A stretch of DNA of 64,000 nucleotides from Chrysomallon squamiferum (lineage: Eukaryota; Animalia; Mollusca). Position 1 is the first letter of the stretch. Every line of letters starts with the position of its first letter. The notes below the pieces were generated by a model. The model made no database searches, was not told the origin of the DNA, and saw only the letters and a list, made by a program, of their open reading frames with translations. Shown here piece by piece: positions 9,795 to 22,946 of the stretch. The stretch spans positions 3,286,001-3,350,000 of the forward strand of contig CM022665.1 of assembly GCA_012295275.1 (NCBI GenBank), written 5' to 3'. Both the position numbers and the translations under genes were made by a program.

Positions 9795-12700
9795 TGCCAA
9801 TAACAGACATTCAACAGACGTAAGAGCATAAATAAAACATACCGTTTTGTTGAATATAACGTTTTTGAATTATCATTTATAATACTGCTTAACCATTCAT
9901 GAAATTATGTACATTATCATGAAAAATAGACGACATAAAAAAAATATATTTATGAAACACTGATGCGTGCAAGGAAACCTTTTGTTTTTCTCTCTCCAAA
10001 CGTTTATATTTATGGAATATGACTTGTTTAGGTGCTGATTTTGAAAACTATCTTTTTGGATGTTATTTGATTATAATATGTTTAAAATTAAAATAATAAT
10101 AATAATAATAATAACATTAAAATGATGGAATGAATGAACGATTGAATAAATAAATAAAATAATTAATTAATTAATTAATTAATTAATTAACAAACAAATA
10201 AATAAATAACAATGTTAGTATCACATTATATTGCAATACCTATGTATTATTAGTAATTTCATAGCTAATGCAATTTCAGTTTTTTGTTTTTGTTTTTCCT
10301 CTATATGAATTATGGATAGTTGTATGTAAGAAATTAATCAGAATTGTTAGAAATACGCATTTTGTTCTCGTTCTGTATTAAGAAAAATATATTAAAATCC
10401 AATTTAATTTAATCAGCAACAGTAACAACTATAATAATAATAATAATAATACTAAGAAGAAGAAGAAGAAGAAGAAGAAAAAGAAGAAGCGCCCAAAATT
10501 CCAGCTGGAATTCTAGAAAATTGTTCGGAAATGTGACAATCGTTTGACTAAGTATCCTGGATTAGTTAAGTTTAAAGCTATGCTAATTATTAGAAGTGTT
10601 TTGTGCTTCCGTTTTCTCCATGTCTCTTGCTTCAAGATCTTGCATTTCTTCCAGAAAGAGTTCAAAGCGCTAACTGGAGAGACTCCCTGAGACATGCTGT
10701 ATAGTGGGATCAGTTTTCTTCACGAGTACAGGGAGCTCTTCATCTTCATTTTTTACTTATTTATTTCTTTGTTTTAGAAATATTGCACTAATAATGCATT
10801 TATTTTTATTGCAGTGACTATAAGAAGAGCTGCAATAAACGAGAGATATCTACGCCGAAGAGATCAAATACATTTTAAAAAATCAGATAGTTCACTTACT
10901 AAGACAGTGACGCTCCAGAAATTGTAATATTGGTTGTTTAAAATAATCGCTGTTCAGAAACGTCAACAGTTGTGTTAGATAACGTTCATTAGCTCGTGAT
11001 CCCATCTTGTTCCTAAAAATATAGAAAAAAACAAAAAAAAAAAAAAAAAATCACACACACACACACACAAAAGTTACAAAGATATGTCTCTCTGCATATG
11101 CTTCCTTTTTTACTCTCTTCTTTTTGACTCAGTACGTGGTTACATACACACGCACACACGCATGCATACGCCCACGCACACGCACACGCACACACTCTTA
11201 AAGAATATACAGTGAAAAACGTAAGTGGTTATGTAAAGAGCTAAATTTAAAAAGAAAGAAAAAAAAAAAAAAGTGAAACAAAAAAAGAACTCACCTGTCG
11301 TTTACCGTTTAATACGCTGTCCTTGCGGAGTACTGAACGACTTAGGGTAAGCACCGGAACTCAAAGACTCCGACGATGAGTCGGGTACATACGTCGTCGT
11401 CGTCAAAACAATGAGATAAATAATTCACACGAAACAAAAAGCTCGGTTATTTCGAGCACAAAGAAACAAGCTGATCAGAATCCATACATTCGGCCTAGCT
11501 GAACCGTATTCTTCAAACATTAATATGGATTATCACCGATACGTGGTTTGTTCATTGTTGATTTTATGACGAATAAATGTTTTAACAGACTTTGAAGTGA
11601 TGTAATTCGTTATGGAAACTGATAAATAGCAACGAGTGCGATTTAAAAAAAAAAAAAAAAAATTATGTGTGATGTCAAAGTGTCGGTGTTTCATTGTTTT
11701 ATGTTTTAAACAATTATGTAACATGGAAAGTGAATCGATATGCATTGAAAGGTGCTTCCGAGAAAAAAGAAGAAGAAAAAAAAAAAAAAACAATCATCTT
11801 CAAAATCGTTTGATATTTCATCTTAATTATGTGCTGCTGGTGATGATGATGACGACGACGACGACAACAAAAACAACAACAATAACAATAATAAGAGTAA
11901 AAACTACATTTATAATAATGATTATGACGATAATGATGATAATAATAATAGTAATAAACTAATGAATTAATGAAAGAAAGCATACTGAGATAAATTAATT
12001 AACTGAAAGTTATAGAAACAATACCAATTATTTCAAGTAGTTGAGGACACAAAAGGCGAATATGTTACGATAACAACAACAGCAACAACAACAACAACAA
12101 CAAATTTAATAATAAGAAGGAGATAGCAAAAATAGAAAAAGCAGCAACAGCAAATATTTATCCTTGTTGCCCTGATTTCCACTGCCTGACGTCTGCTAAA
12201 TTTCCTGTCTTATAATAATTTATAATTGTCTTGACACCTAATAATAGGACTTCGCTAAACAAAATTTTAATATTTATTTATATTTTACTCACTGGATTTG
12301 TTTTATTTTAATATGTTATTTGATTTAATTCAGTAAAAAAAAATAATACTTATAATTAATATTATTTTCTTAAAATAATTTATTTCCACAGATTTCTAGT
12401 GTAAGTAATTTACAATTAAAGTAAATTGTAGATTTACTGAGCTTGACATTTTTGAAGACAATGTTACTAGGTCAGTAGGTAATGATTCAGTATTAAAAAA
12501 GTTGTTTGGTAGCTCATAGTTTAAGCGAAATTGCTCTGTATCCGTTGGCAACACATTTCTGTTACTGTTTGTCTGAGAAAACAGATCAATCAGATACAAT
12601 GAAATATACGAGTAAAACAAATTTAAATAACTTGTATTTCTGTTCCATAATTAAATAGGTTTAAGGCATGATGGGTCGCATTAATTATTAGTTCCTGCCA

Positions 12701-12972
12701 GCTTATTTTTCATCCTAGCCAGATTTCCATAAATTACGTTTAAAAGTACTGGGGAAAAAATACAAAAAAGCAACAAAAAAAAAAAAACCCAAAAAAACAA
12801 AAAAACAACAACAACAACAACAAAAAAAAAAAAAAAAACAACAACAAACAAACAAAAAACATCACCATAAATCTGGTTCATGTTATTTGGAATGATCTAT
12901 TCGCATATTGTAATTGCTTTCTTTTGGCTTTTAAAGGTCTTTATCAGGCGTTTTTTTTTTTCAGTTTTCTTC

Positions 12973-12975
<3 letters not shown>

Positions 12976-13030
<55 letters not shown>
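12976..13030. repeat. (GT)n microsatellite
   Basis: Direct reading; another at ~15449-15482. Confidence 0.97.
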
Positions 13031-13032
<2 letters not shown>

Positions 13033-13432
13033 GTACTTGCGGTGACATGGTACAATACATTGCCTGTCTACAGTGATGAACTAATGTAACAGTAAGAACG
13101 TGTCTGTATACACAGAGATATCGCGAAGTAATGTAGAAGTAATGGCCGTTTGTTTCTGTGCACGTGCTCTATGTATTCAAGTACATACGTGTATCATGAA
13201 ATTCAATGATAGCTATATATATATATATGACTGTTGTATAATTTGTTGCATAACTGACAGAATGACTACATCGTCGGTTTAGACGTACATAAAAATGTTA
13301 TAAATCATATCCAAGACAAGAATACAGCGGTCACTGGTTCAGTGTTTTGTCAACACATTTGTCTTGCGCAAGCTGCGTTCAGGTATGACAGTAGTATTAC
13401 ACAAAACGAAATCTTCCATCTGAGTCAGAAGT

Positions 13433-15444
13433 ATGGACCATTCACTATGTTTGTTCATCCTGGCGGTTCGTATTAATTTTGTTTTATGTACACATAGTTT
13501 TATAGGGTGTTTTTAATAAATTATGGTAATTCATATATGAAAAACGAAAAAAAAAAAAAAAAAAAATATATATAATACAATAACAACATAATAATAATTA
13601 TTATTTTTATTATAAACACACACGCACACGTACGCACACAAAAAAATTATAGTTTCAGTCAGTTATAGTAATGATGGTTTTCACCTTAAATTTCACAAAA
13701 TAAATATGTATGTATATGTATGTATGTTTACATGTTTGTATGTGTGAATACGTACGCATTTGTATGTGTGTGTATGTACGTATGTTTGTATGTAAGTGTG
13801 TGTTTATGACATTTACATAAAAAAAACTCTATGATCTCAGATGTTCAGCGGATTGTTTCGACTTCAAACCAGCGCTTTAGCTTCGATGTACAGCTGCAGT
13901 AAGGTAACATTTGAAACAAACACAATTCATTACACATTTTAAAGATAAGAATTACAGACAACAGGTCGTTTTCAATAGCATAGTTGTGTGATCACCAGCG
14001 ATAATAAAATATCCATCCAGATAAATTATGTTTGTAAATATTATTAATTACCGATCTGTTTCTATTCTTTAACTGAAAATACTGAACAGCAAAGAAATAA
14101 TTATTCTATTTTAAATCATTTGAGAGAGAATACTTTTAAAAATTGTGAATTATCAAAGACTAACTGAATCAAATGTCCTATGAAATCAACATTTTATATA
14201 TATATATATAAAAATATCATAAAACATAAAAAAAAAAACCCAATAAAACATTTTATGTCATTTTCATACATGAGCTTTATCCTAAACGGAAAGCTTGTAA
14301 ATATTGCACTAAAAGCCTGTAGCTGTAGAAGATAGCGAGTGATAACCTCTCACTGCTAAAGCATGCGGAAGGTAAATTTTTAAACTCTGATTTTGTTCTT
14401 CTGAGATCTGCCCTAAAGGTGACATCTGCGTGATGATGGAGCGAAACTGTGCAGTGATTCCTTGCAATGAAATACCTGTTTGTACCAGTTAGTATTATTT
14501 GTTTCTATTAATTAATTAATTAATTAATTAATTAATTTATTTATTATATTTAAAATTATCATTTTGTTTCTTCAAATTAATTTCTACAACTAGCAACTTG
14601 ATCTCAAAACCACAAACGTATATACCACTATAATAAAATTAAAGTTGTGTTTACCATGAGCTATTTGAATGTTATTTAAGAAAATTGAATACCTCGAGAT
14701 ATTTTTTCCTAAACGGAATAAAATATAAATGTCTTTTCTTCAACTGTTCAACAATATATAAAAAAAAAAAAAAAAAATAGTAGTGACACTTCTTTTTCAT
14801 AAAACATTTTGTACAACCAATAAAATATTGAACTGAAGGACCAACATCTGGAATGGAAAAGCCTGGTTTTTGTGGGAAACCCAGTGTGTTTGCTGACTGT
14901 ACACACGAATGTACTATGGACAACGACTGCCCTGGGTTGCAAAAATGTTGTAGCAATGGATGCGGCATGTCATGCAGTCGTCCACTGTTGCCGCCGAAAG
15001 ATGGATCATGTCCACAGTTTAAACGCTCGATTTTAGGTACAGTAACAGTAAGGGTTTTTAATCATTAAATTAAAATGTTTTATTATCTAAGTCATTTGAT
15101 GAATCTTGCTGATTTAACAGAAGTTTTATTATTTATTCATTTTTTTGTTATTAATTAATTAATTAATTAATTAAATTAATTATTTTATATTTTGTTTATT
15201 GCTATTATTATATTTACCGTTATTATTTAATTCTTGGACCATTTTAGTTTTAGGAATGTGCTTCGAATAACTAATATTTTACAATGATCTTTTTGATAAA
15301 ATAATACTATTCAAAATATAATCAGTGATCAACAAAAAAAATAAAAAAAACTTATTTATACAGTATTCTTTCCTTCCGTGATGGGCGGAAGATAATATAT
15401 ATATTTTATTATTTTAAAGAATAGATACTAATATGATGTTGATG

Positions 15445-15499
<55 letters not shown>

Positions 15500-15994
15500 T
15501 TACACTTAGAGTAAAACATATTAGTTTGTATCTTTCGTTTTTGAACAGCTAACTGCAGATCTACGTGCAAGACAGATTACGACTGCACCGGTTCTCTGAA
15601 ATGTTGCGTCAAAGGCTGTAGCATGACCTGCGTGGACGTTAGACCAGTCACGAACAAACCAGGCTTCTGTCCTACGTTCATAGACCACTGTTCCACGCTA
15701 TGCACCGCCGACACCGACTGTCCACATTTCGAAAAATGTTGTGAAAGTGCATGTGGAACATCCTGTCAGACACCAGAGGGAGTAATTACCAGTACAAGTT
15801 CAAACAGCCAGTGCCCTCGCGACACCATGGTAGCGTCAGACTGCTGGAATCCATGTTCTTCAGACGCTGATTGTTTCGAGAGCGCTATGTGTTGTGAAAC
15901 GTCATGTGGGCGAGTTTGCCTAAGTTCTACCAAGGGATCATCTTTTTACCCGCAGGCGGAAGAGCAGCGAATTGTGTTATCAACAATATCGTGA
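13433..15994 (+). CDS. Secreted four-WAP (four-disulfide core) domain protein, perlwapin-like
   Basis: Exons 13433-13465, 13841-13903, 14406-14487, 14839-15036 and 15549-15994 join in phase. Hydrophobic leader MDHSLCLFILAMFSGLF..., a small Cys module, then four WAP motifs (KPGFC...C...DNDCPGLQKCCSNGCGMSC; KDGSCP...DYDCTGSLKCCVKGCSMTC; KPGFCP...DTDCPHFEKCCESACGTSC; QCP...DADCFESAMCCETSCGRVC). Confidence 0.88.
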
Positions 15995-16025
15995 TTATTA
16001 AAATAATTGCTTACCAGAATGTGTT

Positions 16026-16041
16026 TTATTCTTCCTTTTTT

Positions 16042-16130
<89 letters not shown>
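16026..16130. repeat. (CT)n microsatellite in the WAP gene 3' UTR
   Basis: About 50 CT units, read directly. Confidence 0.97.
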
Positions 16131-16134
<4 letters not shown>

Positions 16135-16422
16135 ATAAACACATGTATATCTTCTCTTTTTTTTTCATATTCAGAGCACTGTACCTTTGGAAGTAATTTG
16201 TTACATTATGATTTACAACAACAGAATAAAAGTCCATATTTCATCACTGTTAGACCTGACAAATTTGTGTGATAATAAAACTGGTGATTTTTAAAAGAGT
16301 GAAATAGTAACTATATAGATTATACTTATTCTGTAGCACTACGATAGAATTTAAATTAAATTAAAGTTAAAATAGAAAGAAAAGGTGTATTTTTCTAATA
16401 ATAATAATAATAATAATAATAA

Positions 16423-16453
<31 letters not shown>

Positions 16454-17640
16454 ACTAAGAATAGTCACGGGATTAAAATTTTATAATGTAATATTAAGTT
16501 TTATTTAGTAATAATGAAACTACAACTTATGTTTTCATATACTCAGTATTTAGGCCTGAAATTAAAAATAAATGTGTTTTCAGTATCTACATATTTTTCT
16601 TTTCTTTTTTCTTCAGTTTCATAAATATTGTCACTATTTTATTTACATTTAATAGTCCAGATCCATGTACAAACTGGGTGTCATTTCATTAGCACATCAT
16701 TACGTCACGTCATTATTACGACGTCACAGCTGCCCATAAAACAGTGTCGCATCGGTAGATCTCTAAAAACAAAAACCCATACATACTACATATATTATTT
16801 CTTTCTTTCTTTATTTTTAATATATAAACATTCGGGGAAAAAAGAGGAAAAAAAAAGAAAATTACATAATTTTCTCGCCATATCCTCTAACAACCTATGG
16901 AATAGGAATTAGTAGCAACAGTGCAAAGTTGCTGAGTGGCAGCATCCACCGCTGTTTGCAGCATCAAGTCATATTTATTAATTTTTTTTACACAGCCAAT
17001 ATTTCTGAGGACACAAAACGTAAGTAAATAATTCTAATTTTTTTGTGCTGTTATTTCTGGGTTGTTATAATTTTTTTCTCTACTTTTGTTTGTTAAATAA
17101 AACAAAGATAAAACTGGTCCATACCAAATGGGTAATGTGCGATAAGTGCATTTTCTTATTATTTCATACCTGTACTGTACACAGTGATAAAGGTTTCAAG
17201 TCGATTTAAGCTCGGTAATTAAAATTAATATAAATAGTATATGAAAAAAAATATAAATTATCTTAATGTTTCAAGTTATTTTTTTGAATACTCATATTAA
17301 TTATAATGTATATACACACACACACACATATATACACACATAGATACATTCATACATACATACATACATGCATTCATGCATACACACACACACACACAGT
17401 TGCTATTATCTTGAAAACAAAATTAACACTAAACTAGTATGTAAACATTTTAGAAGTAGTATTAATAGAGTAGAAGTAGCATCAATAATTTGGTATCATA
17501 TACAAGACTATTGAAAATTAATGTTATAATATTAAAGATGCTGTTCTACGCATGCCATTTACGAAACCAAAACAAACAACTACTTGAAGTTACCCTAATA
17601 TTTTATTTTAATTTTACTTCCAGCTAAGACATGAAGCAAT

Positions 17641-19988
17641 ATGTCGTTGAAGAAAAAGCTCGGAAAGAAAATACGTCACGCTGGCAAAACGTTTAGATTC
17701 TGTTTGTCATGCACTAAGTGGGGCGAGTATGACATCGAAGACTTCAAATTCACGCAGCCGAATGAAAGAACCGAACAAGATGAAATTCAGGCGACGGAAA
17801 TTTTGACTCGTTTCGCATTTACCACACAGTTTCTTGGTTTATGCTCCATGGAAAAACCCGTTTGCCATTCAACGATTTAGAAGAAGCTCTATGGGAAGAG
17901 GATTTTGCAGTTGAGGTTCCGGTTCGTCCAGGTATGACCTGTCCTGTGTTAAAAGTCTGTCTTGGTTTTCAGGATCACGAACTCAGGGCAAACAAGCAAC
18001 TATTCTATTACTCTTACACCTATAAAAAATCTAACTGGGACAAAGCTCTTCTTCAGTCGGAGTTCGCTTTGATAGCGAGTCAGAACTACCCTGACGACCC
18101 TATAATTGATGGACTGCCGGCTACTGTCTGGCTCGAATGTGTTGAACCAACTTTGTGTATCATGTTGTCGCTTTGTCGTCTGAAGCATCGGAAAAGTAAC
18201 ATCACATCTCCAAAAAAATATCCGGAATATCCAGACAGCGCACACAGTCGTCATGGTGATTACGAGTTTGGTCCTGTAGCCATATTTGCAGGTCACAGAA
18301 GAGCTAGTTTGAGAGTCGATTTTGTTTTGCAGCACATACAAGACGATGCGGCATCTATTATTGAGGTAACCATATGAAAAACATACTTAAAGAAAACTCA
18401 TCTTATCATATTTTACACACATACACACACACATCACACACGAAAATAGATACATACAAATATACATTGAGGAAATAATGGTTGAAAAATATTTTATTTA
18501 GATTGTGAACATTACATACGCACAAAACAAAACTGGCAAAACAATATACTTCTTATATTTTCTAGTTTACTCAGGTATAATGGATTAAGCGAAATACTGT
18601 AACATTTACTTCATATAATAAAATGTTATCATGAACTATAACTTTAACGTAATACTTAATAAAGAAAAGAATCATCACATAGAATTATGACTGAAAGGAA
18701 AAACAAAAAAAAAACTTTTTTTACTTTAGATGTCCTATCACAGTGACAGGTCACGTAATCGTCGCAGAAGACAAGCCGCCAATTACAGGTCGTTTCTGCA
18801 GCGTGAGATGGAGTTACTGGAGGGCAATAAAAATCAGTCGGCTAATCCAGCACCATGCGACGTTGAGCGTAATGTACCAGTTGTGTTTCGTTTGTCGGTC
18901 TTTTGGAGATGTTTAAATTCAACGAATTTAACTTCTTCTGAAAGAAATCAAGAAGGTGACGAAAATCAGTCGCTTGCGTTGAGAGACAATTTTGACTTTA
19001 TCCCTCATCAACACCAAATATATAACGTAACAAACAGTCAAAGGAACAGGTCACAAACAGGCCGGGCCAAATTTTCTGTGTGCTCAGCATTTGCAGAAGA
19101 ATATGATGGTAATACCAATCAATCAGCCATTAGATATCCTGCAGACAGTTTTAAGCTGACTCCTGTTTTGTACATATGGAACAGTGAATCTCGTACATCT
19201 GATGTTGAGACGGCACCAGCAAACAGATATGAAATGATGTCGTCTGTTCACTTTAGTTACAAATTGTTTGCAACTGCACGTCCAAATACAGAAGAGCATA
19301 GCATCCATGGCAGGAACGTGTGTGAGTTGGCGTCAATGGACCCAGTAGTAAGGAGATATCTCCTGCAGTCCTACAACAAACCTCCATCGAAGGTAAGCGG
19401 GGGTGGATAAATAAACGAGAAGTTTAATATATTCAAAAATGTTCGATATGTTTATTTTATTGTAGACTAGACTACCAACGTTTGCTAATAATAAAGTACG
19501 ACAATAAAATGACATGCCTTAAAAGAGCCAGAGAGGCCGCGATTTTTCCACTTTTTTCGAGATAGTAACTTTAAAGATGAAATGCATTTAAGATCATAAG
19601 ACAGTTTTATTACTTTTCTTAAATAAAATTTACTAAGACTTTTGAATGTGTATTATTTTATCAGACAGACACCTGGTTTGATCGGGTGTACACAGAACAC
19701 TATTTAAGAACTGAAAAGGATCCTGATCCAGTGACCCAGAACGCAGAGTTAACCCAGGACACACAGGAACACCTCCCGCTTCGTAGAAAAATAGCTAGAA
19801 ACATTCGCAGCAGCTTCCAGCGATTCCAGCGTTGGTACTGCATTAGAACATTTTGGATCCAAAGGGAAGTAGTGACCGAAGTGAGGCGACGTTTTCGTCG
19901 TCGTAACCGTCAGAACCGTGGTAATCGGAACGAAGGAGATGATTACTGGCAAGAAAGAATAGACGTATCGAATGAAGCTCGGGGATAA
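17641..19988 (+). CDS. Uncharacterised ~570-aa protein, three coding exons, one apparent 1-bp frameshift near 17783
   Basis: Exons 17624-18365, 18730-19392 and 19665-19988 have strong AG/GT sites and phase-0 junctions; a likely non-coding exon ends at 17019 (c|gtaagt). Adding one A in GAAATT (17782-17787) fuses ORFs 17641 and 17841. Confidence 0.65.
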
Positions 19989-20840
19989 AAATCGTTCCTG
20001 TACTGTCGAGAAACGCATTATAACTTTTTCAAAAGATCCGCTGTGTTTTTTTCTTATGGAAGGAGGAATTCCATATCAAAACGATTTTAAAATAAGGGTT
20101 TACTGATTTGTCATTTGTTTTGAAGTTGTGTGTGTGTCGTTTCTTAAACAGATTTTACATATTATTATTTTTTTTTTTTAATGGTCACATAACTTTAGTT
20201 TTTAATTGCCAGTTTTTATATATTATTAAAAATGAAATGAGGAAAAAGAGGATTTTCAATATTTAATACGTGACTGATTGTTGCATGTTATGTGCTAGTA
20301 TGTAAATCGTGTAAAAACTGCTTTATCGTTGTTCCCTTTTGATTTTGGAAATAAAGTTTTACCTATCTTTATTTAATTTAATAACTTTATTTATGTATTA
20401 TTATGAAACTAAAAATGTTTCGGACCTTCAGTTTTATCTGTGCGTATTATTTTCAAAAACTGCCCTATAACGAAAGTTAATTTTCGTGTGAAAGTAAAAG
20501 CTGATCTGTAGTCAGTAGGTCTTATATTTTAAGCATTAGTTTGTATAATTCTGAGCATTGATGTTTTTACTTACAATAATTCATTCCGATGTGATTTTTG
20601 TTTTGCTTTATAATACATTGCAATGATTTGTAAAAATTATATATCTAATAACTGCACGAATGAAATAATAAAATAAGCGCAAATAAAAGCTAATTAGTGT
20701 TGTTTTATTATAATACTGTGCACAGATATTTAAAGAATAATACTGGTGGCACAAACAAATGATTTTAATACATTTTGAATGCTTAAAATATTACCGTTTT
20801 GTTTGTGTTTTGGAGACTCGATACATACACCAACAATACA

Positions 20841-20874
<34 letters not shown>

Positions 20875-20876
20875 AC

Positions 20877-20937
<61 letters not shown>

Positions 20938-21770
20938 TAACAAATCCACCAGAGGAAATGGCAGCGTGATTTATACTTCATACAGGACGAAGCCGTGGGA
21001 ACAATAGTTCTGGTTTATGGTATAAAAGTGAAAATAAATAAATAAATGTATCAATCCGTAGTAGAATAATAACGTACGTATTATGTGTAAAACGTCAGCT
21101 CTTGAGGAAGTTCCGGTTTTTAGCGGTTTCACGCTGTGTCCTGTGTGTGCGTGCGTTAAATTTAATGTTAACTACCATATATTCTTTTGTCTACTCTTTA
21201 TCTGAAAGAGTGACAGCAAAATTTATTTCACACACACACACACACACACGCATGTTTATTATTCATTACATTTTTACTAAGAAAATGCAACACCGCTTCT
21301 AGGAAAGTGAAATTCTTCAAACAGAAAAATATAGGCCTACATGGCCGTGAACTACATTGAGGCAAAAACCTCATACCGAAATTGCCGATTTATTATTATT
21401 ATTATACAAAGATTTTATTAAAAAATATAAAATATAAATGGATAGAATCGAGGATTTTGTGTCTTTTAAGTCGGAACTTCGGCCGGCCTCCAGACCTCTC
21501 CCAATTTTTTTCTGCCGCGCTCTGACCGGCGATTAAGTATTTCAGCCTCATTTTCAAAAGAGTATCGTTACAGCCACGATATAACATTTAAATATTTACA
21601 TCGTCAAATTTAAACAAACTCGTTAATTAAAAAAAGTAAAAGGTAACGAATACAAATAGGAAATTATAAGAGACTTTGCAATGCTGAATGTAACAGATAC
21701 CAGTCCATTTTTGAAGACACGACGAGACGCAAATTCACAATCTCATTCACTGCAAGAACCAGTCCACAAT

Positions 21771-22912
21771 ATGGCTGGCAAAGGTTCGACAACAGTCGAC
21801 ACCCGCGCAGAATTAATTGAACTTGTCAGGAGGCGTGCTGAAATAGCGGTAATATTTTAAGATATCCACAATTTAAACACATATTATAAGTATTATTAAA
21901 GTGTTTGTTATCTTAAATACTTCCGAAATAAAATATATGATTATTTATTTATTTTGCGCCTTAAATTTAGACATCATTTAGAACAAAATAGACCGAATCT
22001 TACCAGAGCTCCGGATGAACCCTTCGATTTTCGAATAAAAATAACAACATTGACTGTTGACCACTTTGGTACTCTGGTAATAAAACATATCCTGGGTTAT
22101 CTCCTAATGTGCATACAATCAAACTGAACATTTTCAAACTGTTTAATATATTGTTTTATAATAATAATTGTGCAAAATAAATATTAAATATAACGACATA
22201 AGAACAAGTTCCAAACCTTTCCAATATTCATCTACATTTATCTCCAGAGACATAATTGCTGCATGATTTTTTTCACAGACTTCTGGAATGGAAACATTTC
22301 TTGAAACTGTCATCAAAATATTTTAATAATTTTATTATTTTTAGCAGTGTTAGTGGTAATCATTTTTGATTATGTGATATACTAATTGTATAATTTGAGA
22401 AAATTGTTTAATAAGTGATGTCATGCTAGTAGTAATACTAGCAGTAGTAGTACTGTTACACATTACTGTCCAGAATGGTAAAAAAACTCGTATTTAATAA
22501 CAGTACAAGATATTTTCTTAAGATATCCATAAAAATATGCTGATTAAAAGAATTGCAAAAATGCATTCAGTTGGCACTTTGAATTGATATTACGAAATTT
22601 GTTTTAAACAAGGTTTGATGGTATGGAGTTATACTGCCACACAGTGAAACCACTGTAAATTCCAATTCCCTGTGTACATTTTATGTGCACAATGCTGTTC
22701 ACAATGATTATGTTATTAAACTTAATATTCATTACATTCTTAAATTTTATTGTGAAAGAAATGTGTATAAGACAAATATATATGTATTCAAATGCAAATG
22801 ATGTATGCCTATCAAGGGGCACTCATTTTATACCTAATGCATCTTTTGATGCTGATGATTGGATGTTAGATTATTAATCACACCTAATCCTGTTATGTGT
22901 GTGTGTGTACAT

Positions 22913-22946
<34 letters not shown>

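Noticed and set aside
11013-12881. Short ORFs rich in poly-F, poly-K, poly-T/I or CA/CV runs
   Set aside because: Translations of homopolymers and microsatellites.
15904-16272. SLSLSL / RERERE ORFs
   Set aside because: Artefact of the (CT)n microsatellite.
20730-20981. Poly-Ile hydrophobic ORF
   Set aside because: (ATT)n and (ATGT)n microsatellites.
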